Source: an uncultured bacterium (GTDB lineage Bacteria; Chloroflexota; UBA5177; JANWHV01). From it: a stretch of 64,000 nucleotides of DNA. The stretch is taken from the NCBI GenBank assembly GCA_963729625.1, contig CAVSOU010000010.1, positions 1,120,001 to 1,184,000 on the forward strand. The letters are read 5' to 3'. Positions 31,217 to 42,085 of this stretch are shown here, one piece after another (within the stretch, counting starts at the first letter, position 1; every line of letters begins with the position of its first letter). Under the pieces are notes generated by a model. It searched no databases. It was given only the letters and a program-made list of their open reading frames with translations, and was not told the origin of the DNA. Both the position numbers and the translations under genes were made by a program.

Positions 31217-31996
31217 ATGTTGAGTGCCACCAGGCTTGAGATCGTACATGTCCAGGCGCTCTGGGAACGTGTGGCCGCAACCTTGCGACGCGCCATCGTG
31301 CTGGGCGAATTTGCCCCTGGCGACCGCCTCAAAGAGCCGTCACTGGCCAAGCAGTTTGGCGTCAGCAGGCTTCCCATACGCGAGGCGATCACGCAGCTTG
31401 AACGCGAGGGTCTCGTGCGCAGCGAACCGAGGCGGGGCGCTTACGCCGTCGGCGTGACGCAACAGGATATCGCGGACATCTACGAGTGCCGGCTGACGCT
31501 CGAGACGCTCGCCATCCAGCGCGCAGCCATGCGTGTGACTCCCGACGAAGCCGCCGATCTGTATCGCGATATCGCGGAGATGGAAGACGGTGTATCGACC
31601 GGCCGGGTCGGCGCTTTTGCCGCGGCCGACATGGAGTTTCACCGCGCGCTCATTGTGCTGTCCGGCAACCGAGCGCTGCGCAGCGCGTGGGAGCCTCTGG
31701 CGCCACTTATCGAGACCACGCTGGATATTGCCGACACCAGCGTCGAGGATATCTTCAAGGCCATAGCCGGCCACCGCCCAATTGTGGAGGCCCTTGAGCG
31801 CCACGATCCCGCTACCGCCAAGGCGCTCCTGTACGACCACCTCGCCGGCGGTGAAGGAATCACTCTCGCAGCGATACTGAGCAAAGCGATTGCTCCGTCA
31901 AAGCGCAAGAGAGCCACGCCTCGGCAGGGTGCAGCGCAGCATCCAGCCGGTCCCGCGTTGACCGTACGCGCGGCATCAGACACCCAGACGCAATAA
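31217..31996 (+). CDS. GntR family regulator (FCD domain)
   Basis: G...PGDRL.E..LA..FGVSR.PIREA...L..EGLV; D..FH, SGN..L. Confidence 0.93.
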   Translation: MLSATRLEIVHVQALWERVAATLRRAIVLGEFAPGDRLKEPSLAKQFGVSRLPIREAITQLEREGLVRSEPRRGAYAVGVTQQDIADIYECRLTLETLAIQRAAMRVTPDEAADLYRDIAEMEDGVSTGRVGAFAAADMEFHRALIVLSGNRALRSAWEPLAPLIETTLDIADTSVEDIFKAIAGHRPIVEALERHDPATAKALLYDHLAGGEGITLAAILSKAIAPSKRKRATPRQGAAQHPAGPALTVRAASDTQTQ

Positions 31997-32032
31997 CTCG
32001 CTTCCGCGGCGAGACCGGGTCGTCCGCGGTGA

Positions 32033-33008
32033 CTAGCCGCGCCAGCACATGTCCGGGAACTGCTCCTCGGCGAGGCGGCGAAATTGTTGTACGGTCTCGT
32101 CCGGGACCGGCAGATAGGGGCGGCGCGTCCTGTTTGCCGGCACAAGGAAAGACGAGGCGGCCGTGAGAGCTTTGCCCACGATACCGTGCAGATTCCCAGT
32201 GCCAAGGAGGAGGCTGGTCGATAGTATGAACGCATGCATGCGTTGTTGCCGGGCTGTTGCCTCCGCCCATCGCAGATTGACGGCGTCGTCGTACCAGGCC
32301 ACCATGTACGGCGCGTTGAAGTTAACGAACCAGGAGTAGACTCCTCGAGCCCCGAGCAGCATGAAGGGCGTCATCGCATGTTCACCCGTGAAATGGCTGA
32401 GCTGCGGAGCGCAGGCCATAAGCGTCAGGAACTCAGGTACGCTGGAGCCCACGTGCTTGCTGCCGATGAGGCCCGGTACCTCTCGTGCAAGCACGGCGTA
32501 GTCTGGCCCAAGCTGGTAATTGTGCACACGCGGAGTGTTGTAATGCACGAGCGCGAACCAGTCAGGGACCGCACGCTGGACGTCCTGCCAGAATGCCTTG
32601 TACGACTCCGGCGTCATGGGCATGAAGAATGGGTGGCCGACATGGGCGCCGAGAATGCCGCGACTGGCGGCGAAGCTCGAGCCGATCGAGCATGCCTTGC
32701 GTATTGCACCAGGTCACCCCAACCTGGGCCGGCACGCCCAACCGTTGGGTCTCGTCCGCGAAGACGGTGACAATCCGCTTGAACTCCTCGAATTCAATGG
32801 CGTAGAACTCGCCATCGCTGTCGGTCGTATAGATCCCGTGCACGCCAGCGGCATGAAGCCGCCGAATATTCTCACGAAAGACCGCCTCGTCGAAGCGATC
32901 GTCGGCATCGAAAGGCGTCGCAGTTGCTGCCCATACGCCGTGGAGATTGTCGCGCGTCAGTCGCTCCCGCATTGGCACCGCATAGCCACTGTCGGCTTGT
33001 CCGCTCAT
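32033..33008 (-). pseudogene. DapA/NAL-family aldolase (#3), frameshifted near 32675
   Basis: GVWAATATPF...DSDGEF in one frame; HPFF, VHYN and GSK continue in another. Confidence 0.85.
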
Positions 33009-33078
33009 CACCGTTCCCCTGCTGCCTGAGCACCGGCGGCGTGCCGGCAAATAGAGGGCCGACGCTGGATCAACTCCG

Positions 33079-33091
33079 GTCAACAGTATAC
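33079..33091. promoter_or_regulatory. Operator copy between the divergent aldolase #3 and SDR genes
   Basis: GTCAACAGTATAC. Confidence 0.7.
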
Positions 33092-33225
33092 AATCGACCC
33101 TGTGCGAGAGCAAGCTGATCGATGACCGGAAGCGCGAACGCACGTCCATCGCCCACCGGTCCAGTTCCCTCTGGAACGAGCGCGAACGTACGGAACGATA
33201 CGCCTTGAAGTAGCAGGGGGCAATC

Positions 33226-33999
33226 GTGTACACCATCGACTTTACAGGCAAGATAGTGACCGTGATCGGAGCGGGGACCGGCATCGGGGCCGCAATTGCA
33301 CGCGGATTCAACGACGCCGGAGCAGACCTCGCCATCAGCTACCAGAGCAGCAGGGAAGGCGCCGAGCAGGTAGCTGCCGAGGTGCGCGCGGCCGGCCACC
33401 GCTGCCTGCTGTTCCCGGCGGACGGCCGTCGCGTTGCCGACGCCGAGTCCGTGGTCGACCAGACGGTTGCCGCATTCGGCGCTATCGACGTGCTCGTGTA
33501 CAATGCCGGCCTGACCGATCCACGTCCCCTTTTCGAACTGACCGAGGAAGATTGGGATCGTACGCTGGACATCAATCTGAAGAGCATGTTCTTCTGCGCG
33601 CGTCGCGCCGCGGCACATATGCGAGATCGACATTGCCGGGGGAGCATCATTCTCATCTCGTCGATCCACAGCATCCTTGCACGCCACGGACACACCCATT
33701 ACGCGGCCAGCAAGGCCGGGATCAACATGATGACTCGCTCGCTGGCCGAGCAGCTGGCGCCCCTGGGAATTCGGGTCAACGCCATCGCGCCAGGTTCGAT
33801 AGATGTGCGGCGGGGGGCTGCCGCGCTGGAACCGCTGCCCGCCGATATCGGAGCGTATATTCCGCTCGGCCGGGTAGGGCTGCCGCACGAGATGGCGGAT
33901 ATCGCCGTGTTTCTGGCCTCGGATCGAGCCTCATATGTCACCGGCAGCGTGCTTGTCGCGGACGGAGGCCTGACCGTGCGCATGCACTTACCCGGCTAA
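33226..33999 (+). CDS. SDR family oxidoreductase
   Basis: GAGTGIG, YNAG, YAASK, RVNAIAPG. Confidence 0.95.
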   Translation: MYTIDFTGKIVTVIGAGTGIGAAIARGFNDAGADLAISYQSSREGAEQVAAEVRAAGHRCLLFPADGRRVADAESVVDQTVAAFGAIDVLVYNAGLTDPRPLFELTEEDWDRTLDINLKSMFFCARRAAAHMRDRHCRGSIILISSIHSILARHGHTHYAASKAGINMMTRSLAEQLAPLGIRVNAIAPGSIDVRRGAAALEPLPADIGAYIPLGRVGLPHEMADIAVFLASDRASYVTGSVLVADGGLTVRMHLPG

Positions 34000-34110
34000 C
34001 ACGAGATGCCATCGGCTTGGGTTTTCGTGCCAATCCGGTCCGCCGCCTGCGACCCAACGTCCTGAGCAGGTAACGCCAGCCTGCGCCATTGCGCCAGATA
34101 GTACGGCTGT

Positions 34111-34123
34111 GTATACTGTTGAC
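34111..34123 (+). promoter_or_regulatory. Operator copy with an embedded TATACT -10 upstream of the E2-E1 genes
   Basis: GTATACTGTTGAC, the reverse complement of the motif. Confidence 0.7.
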
Positions 34124-34219
34124 GGAAGTTGCGCCGGCATGTCATGACCCTGATCCAGTGTTGCTCTGGACTCCGGTTGCGTGCCGCGATCACGTACTCA
34201 CGACAACAAGGGCGGCAAA

Positions 34220-35608
34220 ATGGCGGTAGACATCGTGATGCCCCGGCTTGGCTGGGGAGGGAATGAAGCCAGCCTGGTCGAGTGGAGCAAGAAGGACGGC
34301 GACAAGGTGGAGGCTGGCGATGTCGTCTGCCTGGTCGAGGGCGACAAGGTCGTCACCGAAGTGGAGTCGATGGACAGCGGCATTCTGCGGATTGCGCCGT
34401 CCTGCCCGCCAATCGGCTCGGCTGTTCCGGTTGGGACCATCCTCGGGTACCTGCTGGCCCCCGGTGAGCCTGCCCCATTCGCGCCCGATTCAGCGGCGAT
34501 TACGGGTGATACTCAGACTACCCCGACGGTCGCTGCCGCCGCTGCGCCGCCTTCGACTGACTCGTCCATTCGGCCAACGCTTGTCGATGCGCCTGTCAGT
34601 GCGGATACGCTGTCGACGTCGCATATCGAGCCCACAATAAGCCCGCGGGCTCGACGAACAGCAAGGGAGCTCGGCGTCGACTGGGCGGCTGTCCGGGGGA
34701 GCGGCAGGTCCGGCCGTATCGTCGAGCGCGATGTGCGCGAAGCCGTGATGAAGCCACCTTCCGCCGCACGGATCACGCCCATCGCGCGCCGCGTTGCCCG
34801 CGAATCAGGCGTCGACGTCGATGACCTGGCGCTCGCGAAGCCGGGTCAGCGCATCACGCGAGCAGACGTCGAGAGCGCTGTGAGCTCTCAGACGCCGGCC
34901 ACGCTCCCGCCGCCCGTCTCGACCGTAGGTGGTGTCCGAAAGCTTGTGGCAGAGAGATTGACGACAAGCATGCGCACTGTCGCGCCGGTCACATTGACCA
35001 CGGACGCGGATGCGACAGAGCTTGTCGAGCTGCGCCGCAAGATCAACGCCGACGCCAGTGCCTCGGAAGCGGCGCCGATTTCGTACAACGATTTGTTGGC
35101 CCGGTTGGTGGCAATCGCGCTGACCGAACATCCGCGGATCAATGCCTCGTTCGTCAATGGTGAGATCGTCGAGCACGCCACGGCCAATATCGGAATCGCC
35201 GTGGATACGGAGCGCGGCCTGTTGGTGCCTGTAGTGCGCGACGTCGCGGCGAAGTCCATCCGGCGCATCGCCGACGAGTCGGCCGAGCTCGTTCGCGCCA
35301 CGCGCAGCGGTCGTATTTCTGCTGACCATTTGCACGGCGCGACGTTCACTATCACGAACCTTGGCATGTACGACATCGACGCCTTTACGCCGATCATCAA
35401 CTTGCCCGAGTGTGCGATTCTCGGGGTCGGCCGAATCGTAGCGCGTGCAGTCGTGGTGGACGAGGAAGCCGGCACGCTTGCCGCGCGCAAGATGATGGCG
35501 CTCAGCCTCACATTTGATCATCGCCTCGTGGATGGCGCGCCGGCCGCGCGTTTTCTGCGCCGAGTAAAAGAGTTCGTCGAGCGCCCGACGTTGTGGCTGG
35601 TCCGCTAG
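34220..35608 (+). CDS. 2-oxoacid dehydrogenase E2 (dihydrolipoamide acyltransferase)
   Basis: Lipoyl site EGDKV, two peripheral-subunit-binding repeats, TFTITNLG, catalytic DHRLVDG. Confidence 0.95.
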   Translation: MAVDIVMPRLGWGGNEASLVEWSKKDGDKVEAGDVVCLVEGDKVVTEVESMDSGILRIAPSCPPIGSAVPVGTILGYLLAPGEPAPFAPDSAAITGDTQTTPTVAAAAAPPSTDSSIRPTLVDAPVSADTLSTSHIEPTISPRARRTARELGVDWAAVRGSGRSGRIVERDVREAVMKPPSAARITPIARRVARESGVDVDDLALAKPGQRITRADVESAVSSQTPATLPPPVSTVGGVRKLVAERLTTSMRTVAPVTLTTDADATELVELRRKINADASASEAAPISYNDLLARLVAIALTEHPRINASFVNGEIVEHATANIGIAVDTERGLLVPVVRDVAAKSIRRIADESAELVRATRSGRISADHLHGATFTITNLGMYDIDAFTPIINLPECAILGVGRIVARAVVVDEEAGTLAARKMMALSLTFDHRLVDGAPAARFLRRVKEFVERPTLWLVR

Positions 35609-35641
35609 GGTCGGCGACGGAGCGGAAAGGATCTTGCCGGC

Positions 35642-36640
35642 ATGATGAGTGACGTTGCCCTGCACCCCGCCTCGAGCCTGAGTAAGGACCAACTCCTGGC
35701 CCTGTACCGCCAGATGACGCTCATTCGACGCTGCGAGGAGCAACTTGTCCGCTCGCACCAGGCCGGGCTGATTCCCGGCGCCTGCCACACGTATATCGGT
35801 GAAGAAGCCGTGGCGACCGGAGTGTGCGCGCACCTTCGGCGCGATGATACAGTCATGAGCACGCACCGCGGTCACGGCCATGCCCTGGCGAAAGGCGTGT
35901 CGCCCCATGCTCTGATAGCCGAGCTGTTCGGCAAGGCGACCGGTGTGTCGCACGGGCGCGGCGGCAGCATGCACTTGTTCTCGCCGGAGGTGGGTTTGCT
36001 TGGTACCAGCGGCGTCGTCGGCCCGAGCATACTGATGGCGACCGGCGCCGGGTACTCGTTCAGGCTGCTCAAGACCGACCGCGTCAGCGTGGCGTTCTTT
36101 GGCGATGGCGCGGCGAACAATGGCGCCTTTCACGAGGGCCTCAACATGGCCTCGATCTGGAAGCTGCCTGTTCTGTTCGTCTGTGAGAACAACATGTACG
36201 CGACCGAGGTGCCATTTGCGACCGTCGCCGGCAATCCGGTTGTCGCAGAGCGCGCGGCCTCCTACGGTATGCCCGGCAAGCGCGTCGACGGAAACGACGT
36301 CGTCGCCGTCTACCAGGCAGCCGGTGAGGCGGTGCGGCGAGCCCGGGCAGGGGAAGGTCCGACGCTGCTGGAGTGCGTGACGTACCGAACTCGACCGCAT
36401 TCCGAAGGGATGAGCGATTCGGGTTACCGCTCGCGCGAGGAAGTGGCCGCATGGCGGGCCCGCTGCCCTATTCAGCGACTTCGCACGAGCCTGCTTGGCG
36501 ATGAGACGGCGACTGAAACCGAACTCGACGCCATCGACGCCGAGATCCAGGCTGCAGTTGCGGATGCCCTGGCGTTCGCCAACAGCAGTGCATGGCCTGA
36601 GGTAGCTACGGCGACGATGCATGTCTTCAGCGACCGCTAG
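35642..36640 (+). CDS. TPP-dependent dehydrogenase E1 alpha (PDH/acetoin DH-like)
   Basis: STHRGHGH, GRGGSMH, GDGA...NN TPP motif, TYR..PH. Confidence 0.95.
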   Translation: MMSDVALHPASSLSKDQLLALYRQMTLIRRCEEQLVRSHQAGLIPGACHTYIGEEAVATGVCAHLRRDDTVMSTHRGHGHALAKGVSPHALIAELFGKATGVSHGRGGSMHLFSPEVGLLGTSGVVGPSILMATGAGYSFRLLKTDRVSVAFFGDGAANNGAFHEGLNMASIWKLPVLFVCENNMYATEVPFATVAGNPVVAERAASYGMPGKRVDGNDVVAVYQAAGEAVRRARAGEGPTLLECVTYRTRPHSEGMSDSGYRSREEVAAWRARCPIQRLRTSLLGDETATETELDAIDAEIQAAVADALAFANSSAWPEVATATMHVFSDR

Positions 36641-36660
36641 ATGACGGTGGGGGTCCGATA

Positions 36661-37638
36661 ATGCGGGAAATGACATACGCGGCAGCAGCGCGCGAAGGCC
36701 TGACCGAGGAAATGGCGCGAGATTCGACGATCTTTGTCGTCGGCGAGGGCATCGGCTCACGCGGGGGCAATTTCGGCACGACGCTGGGACTCTTCGATCT
36801 GTACGGTCCCGAGCGCCTGCGCGACACGCCGATCAGTGAGCGCGGTTTCACCGGGCTCTGCACGGGTGCAGCTATGACCGGCAGCCGACCGATCGTCGAC
36901 TACATGTTTTTCGATTTCGCCCTGGATGGTTTGGGGGAGCTGATCAACCAGACGGCAAAACTCCAGTACATGAGCGATGGCAGGCTGAAGATGCCCATCG
37001 TGCTGCGCGGGTGTATCGGTGTCGGCGACTCCTCCGCGGCGCATCACACCGGCAACTACTATCCGTTGTTCACGCAGCTCCCCGGCTTCCGCGTGGTTGT
37101 GCCCACTACGCCCCGAGATGTCAAAGGGTTGCTCAAGACGGCGATCCGCAGCGACGACCCCGTGATCTTCATGGAGCCGCGCACGCTGCTGAACACCAAC
37201 GGCCCTGTACCCGACGACGAGTATCTGATCGCCTTTGGCGAGGCAAGTGTCGTCCGCCAAGGCACGCACGTCACGGTGGTCGCTGTCGGTTCTATGGTAC
37301 CGCGAGCCGTTCAGGCGGCTGAGGAGCTGGCGAAAGACACGATCTCGGTGGAAATCATCGATCCACGGACAATCGCGCCCCTCGACATCGACACGATCCT
37401 CGCGTCAGTCCGCAAGACTGGCAGGCTGCTGATCGTGGACGAGACGTATGCTCCGTGTGGAGTTGGCGCGGAGATCGCTGCTCAGGTGGTGGCCCGAGGT
37501 TTCGACGATCTTGATGCCCCAGTACAGCGCCTCAACGGCGCATTCACGGTTGTGCCGTACAGCCCGGTGTTGGAGCGGACCATCGTGCCTGACACCGCGC
37601 AGATCGTCATTGCGCTGCGCGACCTGCTCGCCGAGTAG
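36661..37638 (+). CDS. TPP-dependent dehydrogenase E1 beta
   Basis: DTPISE, RPIVD, PVIFME, SVRKTGRL. Confidence 0.95.
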   Translation: MREMTYAAAAREGLTEEMARDSTIFVVGEGIGSRGGNFGTTLGLFDLYGPERLRDTPISERGFTGLCTGAAMTGSRPIVDYMFFDFALDGLGELINQTAKLQYMSDGRLKMPIVLRGCIGVGDSSAAHHTGNYYPLFTQLPGFRVVVPTTPRDVKGLLKTAIRSDDPVIFMEPRTLLNTNGPVPDDEYLIAFGEASVVRQGTHVTVVAVGSMVPRAVQAAEELAKDTISVEIIDPRTIAPLDIDTILASVRKTGRLLIVDETYAPCGVGAEIAAQVVARGFDDLDAPVQRLNGAFTVVPYSPVLERTIVPDTAQIVIALRDLLAE

Positions 37639-37827
37639 TGCCTCGATCGTCCGATTGCGCAGATGCGTGTAGCTCTGGCCGAAACGGGCGCCGGCGCATG
37701 GTGCCATGATGGACGACGCGTGACACGCGTGAACACTCATGCCCATCGATGCAGTCGCGGCTACAAAGTGGCTCGTGTCAGACGTGGACGGATGCGCGCT
37801 ATTGTTGCTCTCGTTTGCCGAAGACTG

Positions 37828-39411
37828 ATGTCGCTCATGAACGATGCCGCGACCAACCAGTCGGAGCTCGACGATGTGACCGCCGACGCGGCTAAAGCGC
37901 CGTTTGTGCTCACGCTCGACGTGGGTACGTCGTCGGTGCGTGCCATGCTGTTTGACGCGCTCGCGCGAGGCATACGAGGCATGGCCGTGGCTGTGCAGCA
38001 GGAGATGCGCACGACGTCTGATGGCGGCGTGGAGGCGGACGCGGACTCGATGGTGGACTTGACGCTGGTCGCCGTGGACAGACTGCTGGCGTCCGCCGGC
38101 CTGCACGCCAGGCATATAGGTGCGGTTGCCGTCGACACCTTCTGGCACAGTCTGCTCGGAGTCGACGATCGCGGCCGGGCTGTAACGCCGGTATATACAT
38201 GGGCGGATACGCGCGCCGCCGCCGCCGCGGAGCAGTTGAAGGCAGAACTGGACGAGGAGGCTGTCCACGCCCGGACGGGTTGCATGCTTCACTCCACATA
38301 TCCCCCGGCGAAGCTGCGCTGGATCGCCGGCAGCCAGCAGCCGATCTTTCGGAAGACAGCCACGTGGATGGCCTTCGGCGATTACCTCTACTTGCGGCTG
38401 TTTGGCTATGCCGCCAGCACCCACTCTATGGCCTCCGGATCGGGATTGTTCGACCAGCACCGCTGCTGCTGGGATCAAGAAGTGCTGCAGGCCGTGGGGT
38501 TGACCGAAGGGCAGCTGCCCGTCTTGATTGACCGCCAAGATGCGCTGCGGACGTTGCTTCCGGTCTTCGCGCGACGATGGCCAATGCTTGCCGGAATTCC
38601 GTGGTTCCCGGCAGTTGCGGACGGGGCAGCCAACAACGTCGGCAGCGGATGCCGCACCGCCGATCGCGTCGTGGTGATGGTAGGTACATCCGGTGCCATG
38701 CGGGTGGTCTGGCCGGCCGAGCACGTGCGCATTCCTCGAGGGCTGTGGGTGTATCGGTTGGATCGGAGCCACTTTGCCATGGGTGGCGTGCTGAGCACCG
38801 GCGGGAACATGGCTGCATGGATGCGCGACACGTTGCGCCTGGATGACCTTGGCGCTGCCGAGCACGAGCTGGAAGCGATGGCTCCCGACGGCCACGGGCT
38901 GACGATTCTGCCATTCCTGGCCGGCGAGCGCAGTACTGGCTGGGCAGCACACGCCAGCGCCGTATTCGCCGGCGTGACGCTCCACACACGCCCTATCGAC
39001 CTCCTGCGCGCCGGTATGGAGTCGGTTGCGCTGCGCTTTGCGGAGCTGTGGAGTATCCTGCTCCGGGAGTTGCCCGCGGCCGGCGGCGGAGACGGCGCTG
39101 GCGGCGCGGCTGACACGCATGTTCAAGTCGTGGCAAGCGGCGCCGCGTTGGCACATTCTCCCGTGTGGATACAGATGATCGCCGACGCTCTTGGCTGCCC
39201 GGTTGCTCGGTCGAGCGTGCCTGAAGCGACGAGCAGGGGTGTCGCGCTCCTGGCGCTTGAAGCGCTGGGTGTAACCTCGACGCTCGCAACGGTCACGACG
39301 ACGCTTGAGCCATCGCTGCAACCCTCGAGTGAGCACCACCAGGTGTACCAAAGGGCCCTGATTCGCCAGAAATGGCTGTACGATGCCGTGATTGCCTCGC
39401 GGGAGAAATAG
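37828..39411 (+). CDS. gntK: FGGY-family kinase, gluconokinase-like
   Basis: LDVGTSS, WHSL, TWAD.RA, RTGC..H, DGAANNVG, GTSGAMR, PFLAGER; start approximate. Confidence 0.82.
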   Translation: MSLMNDAATNQSELDDVTADAAKAPFVLTLDVGTSSVRAMLFDALARGIRGMAVAVQQEMRTTSDGGVEADADSMVDLTLVAVDRLLASAGLHARHIGAVAVDTFWHSLLGVDDRGRAVTPVYTWADTRAAAAAEQLKAELDEEAVHARTGCMLHSTYPPAKLRWIAGSQQPIFRKTATWMAFGDYLYLRLFGYAASTHSMASGSGLFDQHRCCWDQEVLQAVGLTEGQLPVLIDRQDALRTLLPVFARRWPMLAGIPWFPAVADGAANNVGSGCRTADRVVVMVGTSGAMRVVWPAEHVRIPRGLWVYRLDRSHFAMGGVLSTGGNMAAWMRDTLRLDDLGAAEHELEAMAPDGHGLTILPFLAGERSTGWAAHASAVFAGVTLHTRPIDLLRAGMESVALRFAELWSILLRELPAAGGGDGAGGAADTHVQVVASGAALAHSPVWIQMIADALGCPVARSSVPEATSRGVALLALEALGVTSTLATVTTTLEPSLQPSSEHHQVYQRALIRQKWLYDAVIASREK

Positions 39412-39420
39412 ACCGGCCAG

Positions 39421-39444
39421 GACACCGGCGTATAGGCCGGTGTC
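39421..39444. terminator. Stem-loop between convergent gntK and kdgK
   Basis: GACACCGGC-GTATAG-GCCGGTGTC, a perfect 9-bp stem with no U-tract. Confidence 0.5.
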
Positions 39445-40545
39445 TCAGCGCTGCACGCGCGCGCTGGCCCCAGCGACCAGGCTCTCCACTTCCGAAAGAC
39501 TTGCCATCGACGTGTCACCAGGAGTTGTCATCGCCAGCGCGCCGTGCGCTGCGCCGTATTCTACCGCAGTCGCAAGATCGCCTTTTTCCAGCAAGCCGTA
39601 TATCAGACCGGATGCGAAACTGTCCCCACCCCCTACCCGATCGAAGATTGCCAGGTCGGGACGATGCGTGGCCTCAACGAACAGACCGTTCGCCCAGGCG
39701 ACCGCCCCCCAGTCGTTGACGGACGCCGACTTGACTGCCCGCAGCGTCGTCGCCACGACCGCCAAATTGGGGAACCGCGTTACCACGTCCCCTATCATGG
39801 TCTTGAAGCTGGTGGCATCCAGGGATCCTGCTTCGAGATCGGTACCGGGCACTTCAAAGCCAAGGCACGCGGTGAAGTCCTCTTCATTGCCCAACATCAC
39901 GTCGACAAGGCAGGCTAACCGCCTGTTGACCTCCTGGGCCTTGGCTTGCCCACCGAATGCCTTCCAGAGACTTGGCCGGTAGTTCAAGTCGTATGAGACG
40001 ATTGTCCCGTGGCGCTTCGCGGCGGTCATCGCCTCCTCGATGACCTCAGGTGTGCTGGCCGACAGCGCCGCGTAGATGCCTCCCGTGTGGAACCAACGCA
40101 CCCCTTGCACGCCGAAAAGGTGTTCCCAGTCGATGTCACCGCGGCGAAGCTGGCTGGCCGCAGTATAGCCGCGGTCTGACACGCCAACGGCACCGCGAAC
40201 GCCGAAGCCACGTTCCGTGAAGTTGAGGCCATTCCGTACGCTGCGTCCGATACCGTCGTAAGGAACCCATCGTATGAGCGAGGTATCCACGCCGCCCTGG
40301 AGAATAAGGTCCTCCACGAGACGTCCGACATCGTTTGCCGCAAAAGCCGTCACAACAGCAGTACGCTGACCAAAACAGCGGCGCAGACCGCGGGCGACGT
40401 TGTACTCGCCACCGCCCTCCCAAACCGTGAATGAGCGGGCCGTACGGATACGAAACTCACCGGGGTCGAGTCGCAACATGATCTCACCCAGCGAAACCTC
40501 GTCGAACCGGCAACTCTCCTTTGAGCGAGTCGTTAACACTGACAC
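39445..40545 (-). CDS. kdgK: PfkB-family kinase, 2-keto-3-deoxygluconate kinase-like
   Basis: LGEIMLRL, GGGEYNVA, SYDLNYRPSLW, GNEED, DRVGGGDSFASG; AGGAG RBS before the GTG at 40545. Confidence 0.82.
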   Translation of the reverse strand: MSVLTTRSKESCRFDEVSLGEIMLRLDPGEFRIRTARSFTVWEGGGEYNVARGLRRCFGQRTAVVTAFAANDVGRLVEDLILQGGVDTSLIRWVPYDGIGRSVRNGLNFTERGFGVRGAVGVSDRGYTAASQLRRGDIDWEHLFGVQGVRWFHTGGIYAALSASTPEVIEEAMTAAKRHGTIVSYDLNYRPSLWKAFGGQAKAQEVNRRLACLVDVMLGNEEDFTACLGFEVPGTDLEAGSLDATSFKTMIGDVVTRFPNLAVVATTLRAVKSASVNDWGAVAWANGLFVEATHRPDLAIFDRVGGGDSFASGLIYGLLEKGDLATAVEYGAAHGALAMTTPGDTSMASLSEVESLVAGASARVQR

Positions 40546-40786
40546 AGCGCTTACTCCTGTCTGGGTTCTTGGGCGCGTCCGGGACGGACCACCTTCTAGA
40601 ATCGATTGCTCTGCAGACGTGCTTGCGGGAACCTTCCAGCTACCCCTTATAGGCCCAAATCTCGCAACGGATGTCAATGGTTGGAAGCAAACGTCAGTCT
40701 TCGCACGGTTCCGAGCCATGGTATTAATGGCGCAGTGACAGCGCACCACCCAGGAGGACACAACGCAAAGACATCGGCGGGCGCAA

Positions 40787-41803
40787 TCATGCGGCCGGCT
40801 GGTTCTGCATCATGTTGACCATGGCGACGATGTTCTCCGCGGGCACGTCGCCAGGTATATCGTGAGTAGGAGCGGCAATATAACCGCCGCCGAGGGCCAT
40901 GGTGCGCATCGTCTCGCGCGTGATGGATCGGACTTCCTCAGGCGAACACCATGGAAGGACCCTCTGCGTGCTGATCCCGCCCCAGAACGTCAAATCTTGC
41001 CCGTACTGCCGTTTGACCTGGTGAATGTCGTAGATCTCGGGCTGAAATGTCTGGTACACGTCAAGCCCAATTTCTATCAGTTCGGGGAACAGCTGATGAA
41101 TGTCGCCACAAGAGTGCTGGGAGACAAACCTGCCTGCCCGCTTGACCCGCTCATACATGCGCGCCATCCGCGGCTTGATGAAGGTGCGCCACAGGCGCGG
41201 ACCCATGATGAGGCCACGCTGCTGACCCCAGTCATCGCCAAAATGGAAGCCGTCAATAGGGTACTCGAGGGCAATGTCGACGATCCGGAGATCGTGCTCG
41301 CAGATTGCGTCCAGCAACTCGTGCACAAAGTGCGACTCGGTGAGCATCTCTATAAGGAGATTCTCCATGCCTCGTAGCGTCCAGGCTCGCTCAAACATCG
41401 AGAAGCCAATGGCGCCGATCAGACAACGGTCGCCAGCCTGAGCCACAGCGGTCGCATATTCGTGCCGGATCCGCGCCTCGTCGAGCAACGGAAATCGATA
41501 CCCAGTCAGCGATGGCGTCTGCAATACCAGGCCCTCGATAGCGCCGATATCTTTGTCTGCGCCGTTGCGGTTCCAGACAACGCCGAAGTGGTCCTGCCAG
41601 TAGCCGGCGCGGTGGGCCAGCTCTTGAAGGTAGCCGTCGTAATAGACGATCTCAAGATGATTACCTATCCGCTCGACGTATCCGGAATCGCCTGTAAAGC
41701 GCAGGAGCCGGTCGCGAGCCTGCTGCGTGAGGCCAACGTTGTAGGGAACGGTATCCGTCTCCTGATGTCGAATGGCCTGAAGAACTCTGTCACGTCTGGT
41801 CAA
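40787..41803 (-). CDS. URO-D/MtaA family protein (#7)
   Basis: DHFGVVW, FERAWTLRGMENLL, DDWGQQ, HSCG, FWGGISTQ, APTHD; GAGGAGG before the TTG at 41803. Confidence 0.9.
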   Translation of the reverse strand: MTRRDRVLQAIRHQETDTVPYNVGLTQQARDRLLRFTGDSGYVERIGNHLEIVYYDGYLQELAHRAGYWQDHFGVVWNRNGADKDIGAIEGLVLQTPSLTGYRFPLLDEARIRHEYATAVAQAGDRCLIGAIGFSMFERAWTLRGMENLLIEMLTESHFVHELLDAICEHDLRIVDIALEYPIDGFHFGDDWGQQRGLIMGPRLWRTFIKPRMARMYERVKRAGRFVSQHSCGDIHQLFPELIEIGLDVYQTFQPEIYDIHQVKRQYGQDLTFWGGISTQRVLPWCSPEEVRSITRETMRTMALGGGYIAAPTHDIPGDVPAENIVAMVNMMQNQPAA

Positions 41804-42085
41804 CGTACGCCTCCTCGATGGTCCCTGTCGCGTCCAGGCTGCCCCCGGCATCCAACACGCCGCCACTCACCCATCAGGCACTAGCTATCGTGCGTTGCTC
41901 GTTCGTATAAGGAACCTGGGCAGCGCCAGAGTTGCTACCGCTTCGAGAAGTGTAGCACGACGATCGCATTGAACTTTCGTCACCCCACAGCCGCAAGAGC
42001 GATCGCAGCGAGCTCGTTGATGAGGCCAGCGGCCTTCATGCTACGATGGTCATCGGTGAATACACGAAGACGGATTGGAGCAAGG

